Positions 24,601-44,345 of a stretch of DNA of 64,000 bases are shown here, one piece after another; position 1 is the stretch's first letter, and every line of letters starts with the position of its first letter. The translations under genes and the position numbers were made by a program. The notes under the pieces are model-generated. The model had not been told where the DNA came from. It was given only the letters and a program-made list of their open reading frames with translations, and did not search any database. Source of the DNA: Guillardia theta CCMP2712 (Eukaryota > Protista > Cryptophyta); assembly GCF_000315625.1 (NCBI RefSeq), contig NW_005434622.1, forward strand, positions 216,430 through 280,429, in the 5' to 3' direction.

Positions 24601-25272
24601 AGGCAAGCCCAAGAGCGACGAGGGCTCGGGAGGCGCGAAGCAGGCTAACTTGAGCGTGTCGCCAGTGGATCTCACCAAGAAGGCTGAAGGTCAAGCAGCT
24701 GGTGGAAAGATGGACTTGCTGAGCGGTCTGGCGCAAGCTGGGATGAAGGTCAAGACGGAAGGAGGCGAGCAGGTCGGCGCCATGAACGCCCTCATGGCAG
24801 CGATTGAGGTGAGGGAGAGGCTGGCGCGCTCAACCCCTGACTGCTTTCCCAGCGTGAGAACGACAAGAGCAAGCCGCAGGAGAAGTCCGCGGAGCCTTCC
24901 GGTCATGCCAATGCCGCTGAGGTCGAGCAGCGAGGAAAGGAAGAGGTGGCACAGCCTGCTGAATCGTCGAGCGCGACCAAGAGGAAACTCGAGTCGGACG
25001 AGGAAGACTCGGACGCCAAGAGAGAGAAGAGGAGGAGGAGCGACTCGGAGAGCGTTGCCGACTCCGAGGCCAAGAAGAGCTCAGATGTCAAGAAGGAAGA
25101 CGAGCAGGCTAGCGAAGAATCAGAGGATGGCGAGGGTGGGCTGGAGATTGACGATGAAGAGGAAGAGGAGAAGGCAGAAGAGAAGAAGGCCGAGGCCAGT
25201 CAGGAGGCTACGAGCGAGCCAGAGAAAGAGGCCAAGGACGATCAGAAAGAAAGCTCCTCCGACAAGTCGTAA
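18634..25272 (+). CDS. Large nuclear-type protein: Gln/Leu-rich N-terminal half encoded by many micro-exons, then a NACHT-associated-like helical domain, TPR-like repeats and an acidic tail
   Basis: Starts MEQQQAWARQLAAAQ and has dozens of short exons ending in CAG. Helical region: LLGFAQSALRLAVERRYI. TPR-like helices: ARFLGDSGQFREADILFDRA, EALQLFQDVYE..RSRLGE, REEVQGKLHPRTQQARRNYANL. NLS-like KRKLE..KREKRRR. Stop at 25270-25272. Confidence 0.75.
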
Positions 25273-25299
25273 TCATTCTCTCCTCCTCTCCCCGAGACA

Positions 25300-26355
25300 T
25301 TTAATGATCTAAATAAAACATGGTCAATGAAGCGCTGTCTGCGCCTCATCCCGCCTCTCTTAACGTCCCTCCCTTCGCCTCTACTCGCTCTAGTGAGGTC
25401 CAGGGCATCCGAAGCCGCCAGGGTGGGACATGCAGTCAGTCTCGGTTCCTCCGCGCACGCCTGGCAGAGAGTCAAGAGAAGAGCGCAGCAGAGGAGCAGG
25501 TCAACTCACGAGCAAAGACAGAAGAGTGCTGCCCAGCGTACCCGCTAGCATCCGCCACCATGCTGCGACAAGACCGTCATGGAGGAGGTCAGGAGGGCAA
25601 AGAGAGCGCACGTGAGGCCATGGTTTGACGAGTGCATGTCCCATCGCACTTTGGGGCGAGCAGATTCGCCGCACATGGGGCAGTGGAGCTTGTACACTTC
25701 AGCTGCCAAGGCCTGGGTGGAGCCGGTGGGCCTGAGGAAAACAAAGAAAGAGACAGTGAGGAACATGGATAGAGAAGAGGAAAGGAGGGTGTAGAGGAAC
25801 GATCAGGATCATGTGAGGTGAGAGAGGATCAAGTGATGGCGCAGAGGATAGACACTGAGACTATCTCTCACAGGATACAGCAGAGGCATGTAGCTAGCAC
25901 GATAGCAGGTGAACATTACGTTCAGGGCAGGAGAACGATACCAAGTGAAAGCTGATGATTGCAAAGGCTGCAATGCAGACCCAGAAATCATCGCAAGCAC
26001 AGGCGTACGGATATTGGTTCAAGGTGAAAGACATAGAATTAACGATCGTACAAAAACGTGTCACAATCCTAAACTTACTCCTGATCATCCTGCTCCCTCT
26101 GCTACTTTTCTTCATTTTGGCCTTTACCCTGCACCTTCACTGCTCCAGCTCCTGATCCCGCTCCTAATCCTTCCCTTTCCGCTCACTCGCCTCTTGTCCT
26201 TGCTATAGTTTTCTCTCCTCGTCTAAAAGGCTCCTGATCCTCCTCTCCACCATCAACACCTTCTCGATCTTGATCCTCCTCGTCTCCTCCTGCTCCCATT
26301 CTTCTCACCTTCCTGGCGTGTTCCTCACGCTGTCCGTCATGGGCTGCACCGCCAT
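25300..26355 (-). CDS. Small multi-exon hypothetical protein
   Basis: ATG at 26355 (MAVQPMTDSVRNTPGR|gtgag) and several GT-AG-flanked exons, including HCPMCGE and LCQACAE segments. The 3' end is uncertain. Confidence 0.4.
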
Positions 26356-27358
26356 CAACAAGCCGAACATGGTTCTATTTCCGTGTTGCGGCGGAATGCG
26401 TAACGACAGGATAACGTAGTTTCCCTTCGGCGCGGCAAGTGGCGGCCCGGCCGATCTGACGCCCCGGGTGCCGGCAGGTCACTGAAGTTTTTGCAGACGT
26501 TACAATCAGACGAATAGAGAAGAATATTGTAACCGCCCTGGCAGATATCTCGCCGTGATCCCACAGGGGTAGTGCTGTGAGTCCTCAGTACCGGTTATAT
26601 ATACAGAAAATTAGGGTGGAGAGAAGGGGTGGTAATAGATTTACGATTTATTAGGAGTCGGCCCTGTGGAGTTGACAAGTGGGGTGGGGTTGTCCACTGT
26701 GCAGAGTTTATCAGGGGGGTGGGGTTGTCCAATTTCTTTCAATGAGGGGTGGGTTAAAGTCATTGTCTGGTGCTCCTAGTGCAGAAGAACTGGACTACCC
26801 CCTTTATTACTATATTGGTTAGGGGTATTCACGGTATGTGATGGGTACACTATTTCGATGTCGTGAAGGTGGGGTGGGTCTTTTTGAGTTGACCGGTGGT
26901 CCAAGTCACGTTACCTGCCAACACTCAAGGAACGACTCAACCACCCCAGCCCCATTATATACTACCCCACCCCTAAAGAAGCCAAGAAAAATGCTTCCAA
27001 TGGTAGGAATGGACGGGTGGATGGAACTACCCTACCCACACCGATAAACCATTTTACACTGTCGGAGAGCAGTGCTCTATACTCTTGATTTCATGGGGGT
27101 GGCACAGGAGAATATGGGGTACTGGAATGGATTTGTAGGGTGGTCGAAGCAAAAGAAGGGTACAATGGCCGACTTAGATGGGTAGGGGTAGTGGAAAACA
27201 AATCATGAACGGGTGAAAATACAGAATAATGTAGGGGTATTTGATGATTTTGAGGGGTACACTCTCCTGAAATTGATTTCGAGGGTAGGGTTACAAAGGA
27301 CGGGGTGGTTGCATGGATTCCTAGAACGAGTGGTAGGGTGATACTGGGGGCGCTCGGG

Positions 27359-29624
27359 ATGGGGCGAAAGAAAGGGAGGCTAAGGATTCCATGGCGGGGA
27401 GGGATGACGATGGCGGCAAGCCTTCTGCTTGCTTCGCGCGCTCTTCCTCTCTTACCATCTCCTCTCTTTCCGATGCCTCTGATCATTCTCCTGTTCGTCG
27501 TCGTGCTCTCTGCCATCCCTCCCCCCTCCGTTCTCGGGATCGCTTGCGGATCGGCGGTTGTCGGGTTCTACATCCATTCCTTCTGGGGTCTAGCATGGCT
27601 CTCAGCATGGACAACATGTGCAGTTGCTGCAGCTCTAAGTGATGAGGACAAGGAGGAAGCGTCTGATGTGCACTGATGTTCTTGGCAGGCTCGGCTGAAC
27701 TTATCTTTGAAGAGAAATCGGCAGGGGAGAGCAGGAGGCTGGCGATGTGCTCCTGGGCCCTCCATGCTCCTTCTTTGATGTCGATGAACATGCTGTGGAG
27801 CCTGCCGTCCTGCCTGACGCTGCTGCCGAGATTGATGTCGATGGTGTTCTTCGAGGTATCAGTTACTCCAAAGATCCTGAATAGCTTTGGATGAGTTTGT
27901 TGTCGGCAGATTGTTGCATTCTTGACCTTCATCACGATATCCTTCTTATCCATGGTGAAATCTTGTTTCTGACTTCCCTCTTGTCCCCTCCTGCTCTCCC
28001 AGTTCATCCCCTCCTCCCTTCTCTTCCTCCTCCACGGACGATGGTGGGTTGTAATTTTTTGAAGCTGGGCGAGAAGCATTTAGAGCCTTCCGAGGACAAG
28101 GATCGGGGCCACAAGGAGGAAGCAGGGATCGCGACTACTCCCGTCGTCTTCGTCGGTGGACCCAACGGAGGTTGGCTGCGCCATTCCTGCTGCCGTCATG
28201 AGCGCTTGTGATTTCGCTGTGCAGGGGAGTCGAGCTGGTTAGTGGCGAAGCTCAACTTTGCTCGACAGAGGCAGAGCTTCTCGCCGATCCTGGTGTTCAA
28301 CCTGGAAAAGGAGAGCAACGAAGGCATCCTTGGGTCCTCCGACCGGCTCGCCAGCTTCGTCCAGGAGCATGTGCTGCCTGTCTACGGGCCGAGAGTTTGC
28401 CTAGTCGGTCACTCGGTCGGAGGGCTGATCTGTGCCTACTATGCTGACTTCGTGGCCCCAAGCCAGCAAGTGAAGGTAGAGACAGGCGATGCTGCTGCTG
28501 CCGATGATGATGATGATGGTGCTGGTGCTGGTGCTGGTGCTGGTGCTGGTGCTGGTGCTGGTGATGATGATGACGATGTCAAGGTTGACAAGGCTGATTT
28601 TTGCTGATGTTAAAACTTAGGTGGTCAGTGTTGTTTGCATCAGCACACCATGGAAAGGGATAGAGGAGGGCGTGTCAGGGAAGATCAAGAAATGGTTGAT
28701 GTTTGGACCCAACACCTCTGCGAAGAAGATGATGGTACCTGTGTGCTTGCGACTTGTTAGGGTATGTGAGGAGCGAGCAGGTTGACTTACAAGAAAACTC
28801 TGCCGTGCTGCACAGCATTCAAGAGTGTCAGCTGCAGCCAGCTCACCTCCAGGTGAAACAGACGGAGCTGGGGAGGAGTTGGAGATGACTCTGGCTCAGA
28901 GTGCGGGGAGAGCGAGGTTTTACAACATGGCGGGGCGAGGAGACTGGTTGGTGCACCAAGGAAGGTGAGGCGCTCGAGTGAGGGAGGACGGAGGACAGTT
29001 TTTGATGGTGGGACATGCAGGCATATCATGGAGAGAAACGCGTTCTGGTGCTGCTGGCTCCCCCACGTGGGCCACTACTCCATCCTCCTCTCGCAGACAG
29101 TGTGGGACCAGGTGGGAATCAGAGCAGCGAGGATGGAGGGATAGGAGTGTGAGAGGAGGAGAACAGGCAGGAAGGACAGGGAGGAGGGGATGGTTATGTG
29201 GGATTGCAGAGTAGATCGATGAGAGCGGATAAGATACGAGTGCACGAGCAGTGAAGAGGGGGGGGGGGGGGGTCTGGAAAGGGAGTAAGAGAGTTAAGAG
29301 CAGAAAGTAGAACGAAAGTGAATAGATAGCAGAGGGCGATCGGAGAGCCAGTGGAGGGGCTAAAACGTCTCGTTTGCAGGTCCTTGTGTGGCTTCAGAAT
29401 GCCTGCATGTCCAAGGGGTGGGTCGCGAGTTTTGCTTCCTCGATTTGTCCTCATGTTTTTACAGGAGCTCGGAGGTAGCGTTCAAGTGCGGGGTCAACGG
29501 GCCAGCGGAGGAGAAGGACGCCAAGAGGAAGCCGGTAGAGGAGGAGGAGACGAAGTCAAGCCCCGGGAGGCCTCTCAACTGCCAGTGTGGGAGGATGAAC
29601 GGGGATGCTGCAAGCTTGGTGTGA
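27359..29624 (+). CDS. Membrane-anchored alpha/beta-hydrolase (lipase/esterase-like), multi-exon
   Basis: N-terminal hydrophobic helices; TPVVFV strand; VCLVGHSVGGLI (GxSxG nucleophile elbow); VVCISTPWKG; AGRGDWLV (acid); VGHYSIL (His). Stop at 29622-29624. Confidence 0.8.
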
Positions 29625-29847
29625 CTGGTGAGAGCGATCGAGGAGAGGGGGACCACTCCGCCCTGGCCCTGATGGCTTTGAGGCGACGGGCTGCAGGAAT
29701 CGTTGTGATCCGGGTGGAGATGGAAATGTAACGTCGAGTAGGACGAGAAACAGGATGGAATGGTTGAGGAGGAGGAGGAGGAGCTAGTTTGGAGGGGTTG
29801 CAGAGGGATGTTGAAGTGCAGGAGGAGGAAGGGAAGAGGCGGACTTT

Positions 29848-31717
29848 TATTCTTTATGTATATTCCTGAAGGATTCTTTCATGATGTAGTAAATAACCTG
29901 ACAACCAAGTTGTTATTTTCTGACACAAAGGTGAGATTGACCAGATAAGCGTTTTTTTCAGCGAGTGTCACAGACAGACTGATCGTTGGTTCCACGCAAA
30001 GACAATCGTGTGAATTCTTACGCATTCAATCTACTTCGATATACGATTGACGGCGGATCATTACTAGCAACTTCAAACTCACAATTGTTCCAAAGTTCAT
30101 TTTGCTGTTTTATTCTCTTAAAGACCAAGATAACTCATATGATTTCTGTCGCACTGAAGCGATTCTCAGTTGATTACTATGGAATAAAAGCATCTGATTG
30201 AACTTTGAATATCAAGAAGATTACTTCGTTTTGAATCGCTTGCTTTGTCGAATCGGAGAAGACGCTACTTTGCAGCGATAATGTCCTGAAGTTTTCTCGA
30301 TACCCTGCTCCTGACTGTGAGAATATCAGGCAACGTCTTGTCAAGATGGCATCAAAGAGCCATATCACATGGTTGGTACCTGCACAAGATTCGAAAGGAT
30401 TCTTCTGATGTTTCAGGCTTTTTAGGCTTTGCGGCTTTGGAGTTTTGTACAGGCTGGCTTCTCCGATTTGCAGCCGTCTTGGACTTTTGCGCGTTTGTTG
30501 TCTGAGCTTCTTGGTTGCTTTGTGTCCTGACACTTTCAAAGGGTCAGATCAAAGAAATCATAGCAGTGCTGAAAGATGTACTTCACAGCGACTGAATGGA
30601 ATCCTGTGTTGAATCCTCCGATCTGCAGGTCGTTGCTTGAGTCTCCGTAAAAATCTGCAGCAATTGTGACCGGTCTCCACGTCCAATGTTGCACACCTTC
30701 AGTCGATGGATCCATCCGAAAGTTGTGTGGGGTGAAAGTTTCGTACTCCTCGTTATGATAATAGTGCATCCGAATCGACAAGAAATATTTCTTTGCACAA
30801 CAGTCAGTACTTACATGAAGCATATTGCAATACCTGCGGCAGCTCGTCCAGTGTCCCCAGCATTGCAATGAGTGATCTGACGAGAATCTCTGACGCAAGC
30901 AGTTGTGAGTTCAATACTCAGCAATTCATCCAAAGCTCTTACGGGTGTTCTGCTTGATGCTCTCGTGGCCGGGCAAGTCTTTTGCATTCTTGTTCTTGTG
31001 CCTTTGAGTTTCTATGTCCAGACTGCAGTTATCTCCGTCGTACCCAAACGAAAAGGTATAAGACTCGATGAGATCTTTTTCAGCGCATTCCGGTGAAAGG
31101 AAAATTCCCTACGACCATCTAAACTAACGAAAGCTCATTCGGAAAGTCACCAAAACAAGCCGATGAAGAATCTTCTTTTTCAATGCATCTGCAACAACGT
31201 CCACAAAACGTGCACACAACTCACGAGTGTCAATTTGAGCATACCAACAACATCCTCCTTGATCCAGCGATAGAGCGTGTCTGCTTTGGGGTTCTCAAGG
31301 TTGTTTTTGAAACGATGCAAAGTATTTCTAGCAAAAGTCAGGTCATGAAGATTTGGTTTTTACAAAGCTCACCCTGCAAACTTAACAGACTCAAAGCAAT
31401 CCTTTGGGAGCAGTTTTCTGCTGTAGAAGATTTCGCACATGGAAGCAGAAAGCAGGTTCTGTTCGACATGGTCGATATCAGCGCACACGCGACCTAGGTA
31501 CTTGAGTTCGAATGATCTTCCTCCTCTATCTCCTCCCCATCTTCTGCTCCTCTCCACTCCTCTCCACTCCCTCTTCTCTCCTCTTCTCTCCCTCTTCCTC
31601 TCCCTCTCATCTCCTCTTCCTCTCCTCTTCTTACTCTACATCTACTCGTCTGTGACTCACCTGCATAACAGCCTGAGATTCGCGCATGGTCACCGCGCTC
31701 GCAGTCGCTGTCGCCAT
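29848..31717 (-). CDS. HOP1: HORMA-domain protein, Hop1/ASY1/HORMAD-like (meiotic axis), multi-exon
   Basis: Spliced translation: MATATASAVTMRESQAVMQ | NLLSASMCEIFYSRKLLPKDCFESVKFAG | NTLHRF..ADTLYRWIKEDVV | DALKKKILHRLVL | GIFLS..DLIESYTFSFGYD..IKQNT | ILVRSLIAMLGTLDELP | YFLSIRMHYY..TFTPHNFR...IGGFNTGFHSVAV. This follows the HORMA signature of Hop1/ASY1. The 3' end is approximate. Confidence 0.82.
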
Positions 31718-31820
31718 GTTCGGAATGCCACAAACTTCCCTCGTCCCGCCAAAGGAAAAAAAGAAATCTTGTCTGATTTTCAACAGTTTCCCCGGCCGTG
31801 GGCCGGGAGGTTAGTTCGCT

Positions 31821-40971
<9,151 letters not shown>

Positions 40972-41255
40972 CAGGAAGCGACGGTGATGAGCGAGGATGG
41001 AAGGCTGGACGCAGGAGGTTGTGAGGAGGAACAAAGGGGAGGAAGGTATACAGGAAGGACAGGGGAGTGAAGGGTGTGCGGAGGGGGAGGGAGGGCTGGG
41101 GGAAGGACAGGAGGAGAGGAGGGGGATCAGGAGGAGGAGGAGGAGGAGGAGGAGGCGTCGTAGAGTTTCAAGTCTATTAAGAGGAAGAAGATGTCATGGG
41201 TACACTCAGATCGCACGCGAGGAAGAGGGGCGTTGCTGTTGCCCTTCCTCCTCCC

Positions 41256-44200
41256 CTAGCATCCCATGAGAGCCTTCTCCTCGGGGGAGGGCCCAACGCT
41301 ACAGGAGGGGACGCAGACTGGGCTGTGGGGGGAGATGGTGAAGTCCAGGGAGGACATGGGAAGTTCCGGGTTCATCATCTGGAGATCCTTGAATGCGGTC
41401 CTGAACCTGCAGGAGACTGTCCTTGCCGCCTCCTCGTTGTCTGTAGAGTACATAGTCCCCACCCACAAGGCGACCTTCTGGAAGGGAGAGACGGAGCTTG
41501 CGAGGACGGAGCGATCGCTGATGACCGGTACGCTGTTCGTCGAGTTCCGCTCGCAGTCCAGGTAGTCCTCGCAGAAGGTCCCAAGGTTAAGACGCGAGTC
41601 GGCGTTGAGAGTCCATACCCTCATCCAGTTGGTCTTGAGCCCGAAGGTCCCCAGCAGCTCCCCCAGCACGTTCTCCTTGCTCACGCAGTACCGGCACTTC
41701 TCCACCAGCACGTTCACGCACACGTCGCTACATCGCCCGGTGCCGCAGTCTGCGTCCACCGCGCAGTTCTTGTTCCCGTCCTCCCTGCAGATCCCCTTGG
41801 ACGAGAAGCTCAGGCTCGTGCTCCCCACAGCGAAGCATGCCGTCACCAGACGCCCCTCCGACCCTCTTGCGGGCTTGAAGAGGAAGGTGGAGGTGGAGCC
41901 TGACTGCACTGTCTCCAGCACAACATTATGCGACGTTGCGTTCTCCCATATCACGCTTCCTTGTGCCGAGTAGTCAGCAAGCTGAAGGATCGGTGTGAGG
42001 TCCAGCGACAGGGTGCATCCTACTAGCGCCTGCAGCGGCTCCGTCGACTTGACCATCCAGTCAACCAGCGATCCCGCCCACTCGAACTTGAGCTGCACGA
42101 GCTCCAGCTCGACGCAGTACCTCTCGCCGTTCCACCCCCTGGACGAGGCGTCGGGCAGCCTCCCGGCGCACGCCGTCGAGTCGTCGGTTGCCACCGCGCA
42201 CAGCCTGAACTTCTTGCCCATGTCAGCGTTGTCGGGAGTCCAGGTGATCTTTCTCTGCGCTACGTTGCAGCTCGAGTGGCAGAGGGAGTCGCAGGTCGAG
42301 CAAAAGGTGGTGGTGGAGGGAGACGGAGCAACGCACGTCGACCTCTCCACCGACACCCCCGTGGGCGGCAGGCCCGGGTTGTCAAGGATTAGGATCTGCA
42401 CGTGGTCCTCCGGGTTGGGGTCCATGGCCCTCAAGTTCAGCTCCACCTTGAAGCCGACAGGAATCTGCAGCCTCGCCCGCACGTGCAACCCCTCGGTGAA
42501 GTCATAGTCGAACATGGAGGGCTCGGTGAAGGGAGAGCATGGGTAGGTGATGGTGGTACCCAACCGCACTGGCAAGCAACCCTCAGGGCTGGTAACGAAC
42601 ACGGGAGGGGCTTGTGGCATGATGTTCCAGCACTGTGTTGTCACGTAGCTCCCAAGGTTGTGGAAGTACAAGTTCTCGTACTCCCTGTTGGCCCATCGGC
42701 GATAGCGGAAACGGCTGTTGTCATAGGCATGCGCACAGACTGTCCTCTTTGTGTTCAGAATCAGTGCCCTCCGCGTCATCCCAGTCAAGCTGTGGTTGTC
42801 GAACAGCACAGCGCTGCCTCCCTTCTCGTCGAGCTTGAACAAGATGGTCTGGCTCGCACGGTTGCTTGCGCTGAAGCTGACGTTGGGGGACAGTGAGGCG
42901 TTGATGGAGCTGTCCAGGGAAGCGTTGTACAGAACTCTTGCTACGATCTGGTTCATGTTGTCCCCCGACCTGCCAGCGTTGAAAGCTCCGAACTTCCCAC
43001 AGCCGTTGGCAGGTCCAGCAAGGTCTGAGAAGAAGGACCCAGGCCCAGGAGACGCATCGTCGACAAAGATTCGCACCTGCTCGCCAGCATCGCTGTCAGA
43101 CGCGATCAAGTTCAGTCCTAGAGGCGCCCCGAGGCAGGCCGGGTATGGCACGTTGCCCGGGCCCTGGAGGGAAGAGCCTGGCGATTCAAAGACAGGAGAG
43201 TGACCGATGATGTTCATACGGAAGCAAATAGGTTTCGATACGCACGTGCCAGGCGAATACGTGGCGACGGCCACATAACAGAAGACATACGACTTTCCAA
43301 TGTCAGCCGTTGTCAAGGTGGGCAAGCAGTTCAACGTTGACGGAGGAATGTAAGTGCATCGTCCCTCGCAGGCAGGAAAGTCTGATTCTGTTTTGAGAGC
43401 GCAGGCAACACAGTAGCCATCGGCTGGCTGAATGCTGAGCGAAGATCCGGTAGTAGTCGTGACGTTGGCTTGCAGTTTGACAAGGCAGTCTGCGTGAGAG
43501 TTGTCATTCCATATGCAGTCTGCTTTAGAGGGAGAGTAGCTTGTCAAGAATGGAATTTGGGATGCTGTACATGCTGTCTGGTCATCGATGTATATAATAG
43601 CTTCTGTGGAGCTGCTCCCGGAGTTGCCAACAGCATAAGAGATTTGGTTGTCGCTCGGTTCGAGGTCGACGAAGGGAAGGTCTGTCGCTGTAAACCTTAC
43701 CTTTGACACACCACTGGGAATGGAGCTGAGCGTGAAGTTCCAGGCGGCCTCTGAGGTAGAGAAAGTCCTTACATTGCCACCATTCACGTTATCTGCAACC
43801 TTCACAAAATGCCCGTCCATGTCAGTCACGTGCAGCGTTACGTACGAAGGGCCAGCGCTGCTCCGGACGATCCTCCATGGCAAGCTGAAGTAAGCCGAGT
43901 AGAAGTTTTTGATGCTGCTGGCCGAGCAGCTCTGCGGGTTTGTGCTGGGACAGCTCTTGCAACACAAGACGATGTTCGAATTGAGTGTGTCACTACCCAG
44001 ATCGACGGTAATGACCCCACTTGTCGCTTCGTCCGGGACGTTGTTCACTGATGCGTACCAAGAGAACTCCTGATTCGTCTTGCCAATCAACTTTCCGTTG
44101 ATCGCAGATTCCGAACCGTTAGCAGGCTTCAGACTGGAGGGTTGGTACGTCACAGTATAGGCGAAGGATCCACTGCAGTTTTTCGACCATGCCCCGTTCA

Positions 44201-44345
44201 CAACAAGACTCAACTGACGGCTCGAGTCGGTAGAAAATCGCCACGACAAGCCTGCTCCTATCCATGAGCAGGCGCCATCGCAGTGTGAAGCAGAAGCCAC
44301 CAGGAGGGCGAACAAGAGAGCCTGGCTCGCCATGGAAAACGTCAT
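41256..44345 (-). CDS. Secreted Cys-rich protein with cadherin/Ig-like modules and two C-terminal LysM-like domains (1029 aa, intronless)
   Basis: Signal peptide MASQALLFALLVASASHCDG. PVF...L.ASDSD / PVF...L.AMDPN cadherin-like motifs. Cys module CREDGNKNCAVDADCGTGRC. LysM-like CRYCVSKENVLGELLGTF...WMRVWTLN and YSTDNEEAARTVSCRFRTAFKDLQMMNPEL..I.PHSPVCVP. Confidence 0.8.
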   Translation of the reverse strand: MTFSMASQALLFALLVASASHCDGACSWIGAGLSWRFSTDSSRQLSLVVNGAWSKNCSGSFAYTVTYQPSSLKPANGSESAINGKLIGKTNQEFSWYASVNNVPDEATSGVITVDLGSDTLNSNIVLCCKSCPSTNPQSCSASSIKNFYSAYFSLPWRIVRSSAGPSYVTLHVTDMDGHFVKVADNVNGGNVRTFSTSEAAWNFTLSSIPSGVSKVRFTATDLPFVDLEPSDNQISYAVGNSGSSSTEAIIYIDDQTACTASQIPFLTSYSPSKADCIWNDNSHADCLVKLQANVTTTTGSSLSIQPADGYCVACALKTESDFPACEGRCTYIPPSTLNCLPTLTTADIGKSYVFCYVAVATYSPGTCVSKPICFRMNIIGHSPVFESPGSSLQGPGNVPYPACLGAPLGLNLIASDSDAGEQVRIFVDDASPGPGSFFSDLAGPANGCGKFGAFNAGRSGDNMNQIVARVLYNASLDSSINASLSPNVSFSASNRASQTILFKLDEKGGSAVLFDNHSLTGMTRRALILNTKRTVCAHAYDNSRFRYRRWANREYENLYFHNLGSYVTTQCWNIMPQAPPVFVTSPEGCLPVRLGTTITYPCSPFTEPSMFDYDFTEGLHVRARLQIPVGFKVELNLRAMDPNPEDHVQILILDNPGLPPTGVSVERSTCVAPSPSTTTFCSTCDSLCHSSCNVAQRKITWTPDNADMGKKFRLCAVATDDSTACAGRLPDASSRGWNGERYCVELELVQLKFEWAGSLVDWMVKSTEPLQALVGCTLSLDLTPILQLADYSAQGSVIWENATSHNVVLETVQSGSTSTFLFKPARGSEGRLVTACFAVGSTSLSFSSKGICREDGNKNCAVDADCGTGRCSDVCVNVLVEKCRYCVSKENVLGELLGTFGLKTNWMRVWTLNADSRLNLGTFCEDYLDCERNSTNSVPVISDRSVLASSVSPFQKVALWVGTMYSTDNEEAARTVSCRFRTAFKDLQMMNPELPMSSLDFTISPHSPVCVPSCSVGPSPEEKALMGC

